A stretch of 64,000 bases of DNA from an uncultured Bdellovibrionales bacterium (lineage in GTDB: Bacteria > Patescibacteriota > Minisyncoccia > Moranbacterales > UBA2206), in the NCBI GenBank assembly GCA_964538685.1, contig CAZIFD010000001.1:116295-180294 (forward strand), read 5' to 3'. Each line of letters opens with the position of its first letter. The stretch's first letter is position 1. The notes beneath the pieces are model-generated. The model made no database searches. It was not told the DNA's origin and saw only the letters and a program-made list of their open reading frames with translations. Shown piece by piece: positions 57,806 to 64,000 of this stretch. The translations under genes and the position numbers were made by a program.

Positions 57806-58744
57806 TTATCTTTCGCTTATTTTTTTAATTTTGTAATTCATATGACCTTGGTTTTTGTAATAATTTTTGACCATAATATCAGCCAAGAGTCCGAAAACAA
57901 AAAGTTGGATGCCAATCATAATCAAAAATACTCCAACTAGTGGCCAAATTTTTTCACTGAGCGAAGTTCCAAAAAATATTTTTTCTATTAACATCCAAGC
58001 CAAGACAGCGATTCCGAGAAGCGACAAAACGATGCCACTGCCACCGAAAAGGTGAAGTGGTCGGTTGGAATATTTTCGCCAAAACCAAATGGAAATCATA
58101 TCTACAAAACCTTTGACTCCCCTTTTCCAATTATATTTGGTCTTGCCGTGAATTCTGGGATGATGTGATACCTTAACTTCGCCGACTTTGTAGCCTTCCA
58201 ATTCCAAGATAGCCGGAATAAAACGATGCATTTCTCCAAAAAGATCAACATCTTGAAAACATTCTCTTTTGTAGGCTTTGAGCGAACAACCGGAATCGTG
58301 AATTTTGTCTTGAATCAGAATTTTTCTGAGAAGATTGGCGGTTCGGGAAAAGAATCGTTTGGAAAAAGTGTCTTTTCTATCAAATCTCCAGCCGGAAACC
58401 ACATCAAACCCTTGGCTTATTTCAGAAAGAAGAAGCCGGATGTCGGCTGGATCGTTTTGGAGGTCGCCGTCCATTGTGATGATTATTTCTCCGTTTGCAT
58501 TTTTGATGCCGGCGTCAAAAGCGGCGGTTTGGCCGAAATTTTTTCGGAATTGAATCAGCTTGAGAGGTGTTAGTCCTTCGGTTTCAGAAACGGTTTTATC
58601 TTTGGATCCGTCGTCAATAAAAATTATTTCATAACTTTTTCCCAATGACTCGCAAGCCTCTTTGATTTTTCGGTGCAATTCTTTGACATTCCCCTCTTCG
58701 TTGTAAAGTGGCACGACAACTGACAGTTCTTTGGTGTGTTCCAT
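57806..58744 (-). CDS. GT2 polyprenol-phosphate glycosyltransferase (DPM1/GtrB/ArnC-like)
   Basis: LSVVVPLYNEEGNV...IFIDDGSKDKT...MDGDLQ plus two C-terminal TM helices. Confidence 0.75.
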   Translation of the reverse strand: MEHTKELSVVVPLYNEEGNVKELHRKIKEACESLGKSYEIIFIDDGSKDKTVSETEGLTPLKLIQFRKNFGQTAAFDAGIKNANGEIIITMDGDLQNDPADIRLLLSEISQGFDVVSGWRFDRKDTFSKRFFSRTANLLRKILIQDKIHDSGCSLKAYKRECFQDVDLFGEMHRFIPAILELEGYKVGEVKVSHHPRIHGKTKYNWKRGVKGFVDMISIWFWRKYSNRPLHLFGGSGIVLSLLGIAVLAWMLIEKIFFGTSLSEKIWPLVGVFLIMIGIQLFVFGLLADIMVKNYYKNQGHMNYKIKKISER

Positions 58745-58888
58745 AAATTTTCATTTAATTTAATCTACTCTCAATTGTATTAAAAATCGGGCAAAGTGGC
58801 AAATGCTTGAATTTTGTCAAATATTTGAATTTAGGAGCATAAATTGGTAAAATAAACTTATTGTTAAAATTAATTTAAAATAAAAAAT

Positions 58889-59452
58889 ATGCAAGAAAAA
58901 TTTGAGGCGGTTTGCGAACTCTTGAAAAAATTAAAGGAAGACCAATCTTTTTTGGAAGCTTCCCAAAAAGCCTCTGAAAAAATCGCCAAATCTTTGGAAA
59001 ATGGAGGCAAGCTTTTGGTTTGCGGAAATGGTGGCAGTGCGACGGAGGCTTCTCATATGGTCGGAGAATTTGTCGGTCGTTTCGGTTTTGATCGTCCGGC
59101 ATTGCCGGCCATCTCTCTTTTTGACTTGGCTTCAACGACAGCCATTGGCAATGATTATGGGTATGATGATATTTTTTCCCGTTTTGTAGATGGTCTGGGA
59201 AAAGAAAATGATGTTTTGTTTTCATTGAGCACTAGTGGCAATTCAAAAAATTGCTTAAAAGCAATGGAGACGGCTCAAAAAAAAGGAATGACGAACATTG
59301 CTCTTTTGGGAAGAGATGGAGGCGCAATGAAGGAATTGGCGGATGTTTCAATTGTGGTTTCTTCCGACAAAACTCCGCTCATTCAAGAAGTGCATTTGAT
59401 GGTGATTCATAATTTGTGCGAAAAAACGGAAAATTATTTTTTTAAGAAATAA
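58889..59452 (+). CDS. gmhA: Phosphoheptose isomerase (SIS domain)
   Basis: KLLVCGNGGSATEASHMVGEF...FSLSTSGNS matches GmhA. Confidence 0.8.
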   Translation: MQEKFEAVCELLKKLKEDQSFLEASQKASEKIAKSLENGGKLLVCGNGGSATEASHMVGEFVGRFGFDRPALPAISLFDLASTTAIGNDYGYDDIFSRFVDGLGKENDVLFSLSTSGNSKNCLKAMETAQKKGMTNIALLGRDGGAMKELADVSIVVSSDKTPLIQEVHLMVIHNLCEKTENYFFKK

Positions 59453-59464
59453 AACAGCTAATTT

Positions 59465-60508
59465 ATGATTACGGAAAAAAGAGTTTTGGAAATTATTAAA
59501 AATGCTCAAAGGAAAAATGTTCTTTCAGTGGGAGATGTGATGCTGGATGCCTATATGAATGGAACAGTGGAGCGATTTTCTCAGGAAGCGCCGGTGCCGG
59601 TAGTGCCGGTGACGGAAGAAGAATTTTTTCCCGGTGGAGCGGGAAATGCGGCGGCTTGCCTTTCAACTGTCGGAATTAAAACCCACTTGTTTTCAGTGGT
59701 GGGAAGCAAAGAAAGAATCAGTTATTCTAAAATTCTTAAAGAAGAATGCAAAAAAAGCGGAATAATCCCCTATTTTTCTATTGATTCCACGAGAAAAACA
59801 ACTCTCAAACTTCGTTTGGCAGCCAGAAAAACTACCAGTCAACATATTGCTCGGGTGGATATGGAGGATACTTTTCCAATTGGTCACGAAATTGAAAACA
59901 GACTGATTGCTGACATCAAAAAAAATTATGCCAAAATAAAACCATTGGCTATCGCTATTCATGATTACAAAAAAGGATTGCTGACGGAGAAAATATTTTC
60001 TTTCTTGATGAAGTTGTCGCAAGACAAAAAAATTCCGGTTTTCGCCGATCTCAAACAGGACACTTTCGTCAAATACCGAAGCTTGATTTTGGCGCCGGAA
60101 TTATTTTTTTTGAAACCCAACCGAGGCGAATCGGTGGAGACGGCCAAGCTTTTGAACGGTTTTGACAAAAATGGAAAAACGGATGAAGAAATAGTGGAAG
60201 TGGGGAAAATAATTCAAAAGGAAGTTCCCATCAAAATTATTATTACCCGAGGAGAAAAAGGAGCGGTCTTTTTGGAAAAAGGAAAGAAACCGTACTTTGT
60301 TCGGATTAAGCAAGTGGAGGAGCAATTTGATGTGGCGGGTGCTGGCGACACGGTGGAGGCTTTTTTGGTAATGAGTCATTTGGGCGGGGCGACTATGGAA
60401 GAAGCCTTGGAAATCGCCGTGGCGGCTTCACAAGTGGCCATTCGCAAATTCGGCACTTCGGTAGTTTCGCAAGATGAAATTTTGGAATGGATAAGGAAAA
60501 ACCCATGA
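59465..60508 (+). CDS. D-glycero-beta-D-manno-heptose-7-phosphate kinase (RfaE/HldE domain I, PfkB family), stand-alone
   Basis: GDVMLDAYMNGTVERFSQEAPVPVV...GAGDT is the RfaE-I pattern. Confidence 0.75.
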   Translation: MITEKRVLEIIKNAQRKNVLSVGDVMLDAYMNGTVERFSQEAPVPVVPVTEEEFFPGGAGNAAACLSTVGIKTHLFSVVGSKERISYSKILKEECKKSGIIPYFSIDSTRKTTLKLRLAARKTTSQHIARVDMEDTFPIGHEIENRLIADIKKNYAKIKPLAIAIHDYKKGLLTEKIFSFLMKLSQDKKIPVFADLKQDTFVKYRSLILAPELFFLKPNRGESVETAKLLNGFDKNGKTDEEIVEVGKIIQKEVPIKIIITRGEKGAVFLEKGKKPYFVRIKQVEEQFDVAGAGDTVEAFLVMSHLGGATMEEALEIAVAASQVAIRKFGTSVVSQDEILEWIRKNP

Positions 60509-61077
60509 AAGTCATTTTTCTTGATCGGGATGGGACAATTAATGTGGACAAGGGCTATGTTTTTCAAAAAGAAAATTTGGTTTGGGAAAAAAATGTGATT
60601 TCAGGACTCAAGCTTCTTGGGGAAAGCGGATTTGAATTCATAATCATTACTAATCAGTCGGGAATCGCCCGAGGATATTTTTCCGAAAAAGAATTTTTTG
60701 AGTTTAATGATTTTTTGGTGGCGGAACTAAAAAAAGAAAACATAGCCATCAAAAAAACCTATTTTTGCCCCTATCATCCCACTGAAGGAATAGGAAAATA
60801 TTTACTTGATTCCCCTCTTAGAAAACCGGGAACCGGAATGATTGAAAAAGCTTTTCGGGATTTTCCGATTGACAAAAAATCATCTTGGATGATTGGCGAC
60901 AAATGGTCAGATGTTTTGGCGGGAAAAAATTTCGGTTTGCGTTCAGTTTTGGTTTCAACCGGAAAAGCCGGTCAAGACAAAGAGCACCAAACTGAGGCTG
61001 ATTTTGTGGCTAAAGATTTTCTGGAAGCGGCCAAGTTTATAATAAACATGACTGGATTCCCGCTTTCGCGGGAATGA
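60487..61077 (+). CDS. gmhB: D,D-heptose 1,7-bisphosphate phosphatase (HAD)
   Basis: FLDRDGTIN motif I, ...GDKWSD motif IV. The last nine codons and the stop come from the palindromic repeat. Confidence 0.75.
   Translation: MDKEKPMKVIFLDRDGTINVDKGYVFQKENLVWEKNVISGLKLLGESGFEFIIITNQSGIARGYFSEKEFFEFNDFLVAELKKENIAIKKTYFCPYHPTEGIGKYLLDSPLRKPGTGMIEKAFRDFPIDKKSSWMIGDKWSDVLAGKNFGLRSVLVSTGKAGQDKEHQTEADFVAKDFLEAAKFIINMTGFPLSRE
61046..61077. repeat. Copy of the dispersed GC-rich palindromic repeat (ACTGGATTCCCGCTTTCGCGGGAATGACAA), forming the 3' end and stop of gmhB
   Basis: Identical core to 47368-47400. Encodes the ...MTGFPLSRE* tail of gmhB. Confidence 0.65.
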
Positions 61078-61087
61078 CAAAAAAAAT

Positions 61088-61573
61088 ATGAAAAACAAAA
61101 TAAAAAGTGAAGCGGAAATAATTGAAATTGCCCGAAAACTGAAACAAGAAGGCAAAAAAATCGTAACTACCAATGGGTCGTTTGATATTTTTCATTTCGG
61201 CCACACTCTCCTCTTTGAAGAAGCCAAAAAACAAGGCGACGCATTGATTGTCGGCATAAACAGCGACCAATCAGTCAAAGAATATAAGGGTCCGGACCGA
61301 CCAATCAATCCGGAGCAGGCGCGTGCCGGCGTGGTGGCAGCACTTCAAGCGGTTGATTTTGTTTTTCTTTTTGATGACACGACGCCGAACCGTTGGCTGG
61401 AGCTCATCGTTCCGGATGTTCATTGCAATTCCAGTGAATACGGAGAAAATTGTGTGGAAAGGCCGACTCTCAACAAAATAGGAGCCAGATTGCACTTGGT
61501 TCAAAGGGATGCAAACGACGGACTTTCTACTAGTGAAATGATTGAAAAAATAATCAAAATTTACGGAAAATAA
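61088..61573 (+). CDS. D-glycero-beta-D-manno-heptose-1-phosphate adenylyltransferase (RfaE/HldE domain II), stand-alone
   Basis: Cytidylyltransferase-fold motif TNGSFDIFHFGHTLLFEEAKK. 161 aa. Confidence 0.8.
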   Translation: MKNKIKSEAEIIEIARKLKQEGKKIVTTNGSFDIFHFGHTLLFEEAKKQGDALIVGINSDQSVKEYKGPDRPINPEQARAGVVAALQAVDFVFLFDDTTPNRWLELIVPDVHCNSSEYGENCVERPTLNKIGARLHLVQRDANDGLSTSEMIEKIIKIYGK

Positions 61574-61581
61574 AAACCGTT

Positions 61582-63501
61582 ATGTTTGAAAAAAATAAAA
61601 ACAAAAAATTAATTTTTGGCAAAATATTTGCGATAGTTGTTTTTATTTTTACTTTTTTTCCGGTCGGAAAATTTTTTTCAGAAAAAGTCCAAGCTTCGGA
61701 ACAACCGGAAGCCAAGCCGATTTCGGAAGAATTTGAAAATTGGAAAGAGTCCCAAAATGATTCTTCAGTGAAAAAATTAAAATCTTCGGTTTTGTCTCAT
61801 GATCACGCTACCGGTCTTGTTCCGGATCCTTTTCGGAAAAACAATCGCAGTTTGAGCGCAGAGTCCGAATCGGCGGATGTTTTGGCAATGAAGATTGAAG
61901 CTGAAAAAGAAGAAGCTTCCAAATTGGGCTTTCCGGCTGTTTATGATTTGCGCAGTTTGGGCTCCGTTTCTTCGGTGAAAAACCAAGGGACTTGCGGATC
62001 TTGCTGGGTTTTTGCCACAGCCGGTTCTTTGGAATCCAACTGGTTGACTTTGGGAGAAAGTGAGAAGAATATTTCGGAAAACAATATGAAAGAGTGTCAT
62101 CGGTTTGATTGGTCTCCTTGTGAAGGGGGAAATTCTTCTATGGCTACTTCCTATCTAAGTCTTAATCAAGGTCCGGTTTTGGAAACCAGCGATCCCTATT
62201 CGGAAGAAGAAGAAAACAGTTGCGTTTCCAGTTTGACTCCTTTGAATTATGTTTATGAAGCCCATTATCTTCCAAACACTATGAGCGTCATAAAACAAGC
62301 CATAACGGATCATGGCGCTCTCTTCACTTCGCTTTATATGAATGAGAGTTCTTCCTATTACAACTCCAGCAATTATACTTATTATTATTACGGCTCGGCT
62401 AATCCTAACCACGCTGTCACCTTGGCTGGTTGGGATGACACCAAAGTAACGGCTGGTGGAACCGGTGCTTGGATCATCAAGAATAGTTGGGATTCTTCTT
62501 GGGGGGACAATGGTTATTTTTATGTTTCCTACAACGACACCAAAATCAATAGCGAAGTGACGGTTTGGACTAAAAAAGAAGACTATACAACTGACAAAAA
62601 AATTTACGCTTATGATGAAATCGGAGCGGTGGGAGGGGTTGGTTATAGCGATGGAACCGATTATAGCGCGACAAAATTCACAGCTACCGGAAATCAAAAA
62701 ATTACCCGAATTGCCAGTTGGATTCCGGACAATGGAGCGACAGTGAGTTTTTGGATTTATAGTGGTTTTGACGGTACTAATTTTTCCGGACTTTTGGGAT
62801 CACTTGTTGACCAAACGGCGACTTATGCGGGTTATTACACTTTTGATTTAGCTTCGCCAGTTTCCATTTCGGGCGGGAGTGATTTTTATGTGAAAGCAAA
62901 GTTTGATATTCCTTCAACCAATTATCCTATTCCGGCTGAATATGCCGAAGACGGCTATATGACTCCGTCTATTCAAAGTGGAAAAAATTGGGTTAGCAAT
63001 AATGGAACAAGTTGGCTTTCTATTGGTTCTGGAACGGGATATGATTATGATTTAGGTGTTCGGGTGTATGCAGAAGGAAACACCGGCACTTCCCCGATTT
63101 ATCGCTTTCAAAACAAAACAAACGGTACTTATCTGTTTACAGGACAAACAGAAAAAGATTCTGTGATTGTGAATTATTCTCAAACATTTACTCTTGAAGG
63201 GTTAGCATTTTATGTGCCAGCTTCAGGGATTCCTATATATCGCTTTCAAAATAAAAATAATGGAACATATTTATTTACTGGTGAAGAAGAAAAAAATTCC
63301 GTACTGGAAAATTATTCTCAAACATTTACTCTTGAAGGGTTAGCATTTTATGTGCCAGCTTCAGGGATTCCTATATATCGCTTTCAAAATAAAAATAATG
63401 GAACATATTTATTTACTGGTGAAGAAGAAAAAAATTCCGTACTGGAAAATTATTCTCAAACATTTACTCTTGAAGGGTTAGCATTTTATGCTTCTAACTA
63501 A
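61582..63501 (+). CDS. Secreted/membrane-anchored papain-like (C1) cysteine peptidase with C-terminal triple 46-aa repeat
   Basis: N-terminal TM/signal. Catalytic Cys motif QGTCGSCWVFA, His motif NHAVTLAGWDD, Asn/Trp motif IKNSWDSSWGDNGYFYV. C-terminus carries three IYRFQNK(N)NGTYLFTG...YSQTFTLEGLAFY repeats. Confidence 0.75.
   Translation: MFEKNKNKKLIFGKIFAIVVFIFTFFPVGKFFSEKVQASEQPEAKPISEEFENWKESQNDSSVKKLKSSVLSHDHATGLVPDPFRKNNRSLSAESESADVLAMKIEAEKEEASKLGFPAVYDLRSLGSVSSVKNQGTCGSCWVFATAGSLESNWLTLGESEKNISENNMKECHRFDWSPCEGGNSSMATSYLSLNQGPVLETSDPYSEEEENSCVSSLTPLNYVYEAHYLPNTMSVIKQAITDHGALFTSLYMNESSSYYNSSNYTYYYYGSANPNHAVTLAGWDDTKVTAGGTGAWIIKNSWDSSWGDNGYFYVSYNDTKINSEVTVWTKKEDYTTDKKIYAYDEIGAVGGVGYSDGTDYSATKFTATGNQKITRIASWIPDNGATVSFWIYSGFDGTNFSGLLGSLVDQTATYAGYYTFDLASPVSISGGSDFYVKAKFDIPSTNYPIPAEYAEDGYMTPSIQSGKNWVSNNGTSWLSIGSGTGYDYDLGVRVYAEGNTGTSPIYRFQNKTNGTYLFTGQTEKDSVIVNYSQTFTLEGLAFYVPASGIPIYRFQNKNNGTYLFTGEEEKNSVLENYSQTFTLEGLAFYVPASGIPIYRFQNKNNGTYLFTGEEEKNSVLENYSQTFTLEGLAFYASN
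63093..63501 (+). repeat. Tandem 138-bp coding repeat: one diverged copy plus two essentially identical copies (63231-63368 and 63369-63501)
   Basis: Direct comparison shows copies 2 and 3 identical over about 130 nt. Copy 1 (63093-63230) is about 75-80% identical. Confidence 0.8.
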
Positions 63502-63509
63502 CACTAGAA

Positions 63510-64000
63510 TCATTTATTGATTAATTGTTTAAATTTTTCAATTACTTCTTCCGGCTTTATTATTAAACGACATGGATCCTTTTTGTGTCTAATTGATAAA
63601 TCCTTACAGCCTTCATCCCAGCAGGGGTAACAGGACAGTGTTTTTGGTGGTGCGATAACTTCATATTTAGAATAATTTTGGAGACGAGCTTCTGGAAGGA
63701 CTCCTCCAGTAAATATGGCCAAGAACGGAATGTCAGCTAGGGCGGCGACATGATAGGCACTAGTATCAGTGCTTATGACATATTTTCCGAGTTTTATGGC
63801 TTCAATATATTCTGTTATTGTTTTAGTTTTTCCGACTAGATTGACTAGTTTTTCGCCTTGAAAATACGGACTATCTTTTGTGCCTACTACTAAAGGTATG
63901 AATCCTAGGTCTTCAATGGCTTTGATGAGTTTTGGGTAATAGGGTTCCCACCAGCTTCTGGCTGGGTTGGAGGCAATAAGATTAAGCACTACGAAATCCT
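63510..64000 (-). CDS. GT9 heptosyltransferase-like (C-terminal part; gene continues beyond the window end)
   Basis: The translated C-terminal sequence matches GT9: RSWWEPYYPKLIKAIEDLGFIPLVVG...GKTKTITEYIEAIKLGKYVISTDTSAYHVAALADIPFLAIFTGG. The reading frame is open to the window edge, so the Met at 63989 is probably internal. Confidence 0.6.
   Translation of the reverse strand, partial: DFVVLNLIASNPARSWWEPYYPKLIKAIEDLGFIPLVVGTKDSPYFQGEKLVNLVGKTKTITEYIEAIKLGKYVISTDTSAYHVAALADIPFLAIFTGGVLPEARLQNYSKYEVIAPPKTLSCYPCWDEGCKDLSIRHKKDPCRLIIKPEEVIEKFKQLINK

Noticed and set aside
63510-63989. Complete 159-aa ORF beginning at Met 63989
   Set aside because: The sequence corresponds to the C-terminal half of a GT9 heptosyltransferase and the frame stays open to the window edge. 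The gene almost certainly continues beyond 64000.
1-64000. rRNA genes, IS elements, transposases, integrases, prophage genes, toxin-antitoxin pairs
   Set aside because: No ORF showed DDE/HUH transposase, tyrosine or serine recombinase or phage structural motifs, and no rRNA-like conserved stretches were seen. The only mobile-like signal is the palindromic repeat family.

Overview
This is a low-GC, gene-dense bacterial chromosome segment. The coding style and the repertoire (small genes, many GT-C/GT4 enzymes, archaeal-type UMP kinase) fit a CPR/Patescibacteria-like organism, but that assignment is inference, not a database result. Positions 1-27000 are mostly housekeeping: prfB with its classic +1 programmed frameshift, ftsEX, tRNA-Gln, rplU, obg, the priA-def-fmt cluster, gltX, iscR-iscS-iscU, pyrG, rpmA, rplI and ctpA. 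A short AT-rich island at about 19.3-22.2 kb carries a lipoprotein, a HAD-like protein and a PD-(D/E)XK nuclease. From about 27.7 kb to the window end lies a very large surface-glycan locus, which is the main thing worth study. Its contents are: (i) two diverged copies of a four-gene module (nucleotide-sugar dehydrogenase, polyprenol-phosphate GT2, GT4, polytopic GT-C-like membrane protein), one on each strand; (ii) three more PMT/ArnT-like GT-C paralogs; (iii) Wzx flippase, a WaaL-like ligase, an LCP protein and a UPF0104 flippase-like protein; (iv) a complete split-HldE ADP-heptose pathway with a GT9 heptosyltransferase; (v) an RtcB RNA ligase and a dTMP-kinase-like P-loop kinase embedded in the operon; (vi) a secreted papain-like peptidase with a perfect 138-bp tandem repeat. 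Non-coding features include a dispersed GC-rich palindromic repeat family at three loci (tandemly amplified at 47.4 kb, and supplying the stop codon of gmhB), a 734-bp gene-free region with structured GC-rich hairpins and a strongly RBS-led 43-aa ORF, a GC-rich double-hairpin island at 40.1 kb, and perfect-consensus promoters for the unlinked rplU and rpmA. Every identification comes from reading motifs in the translations and sequence; no searches were run.
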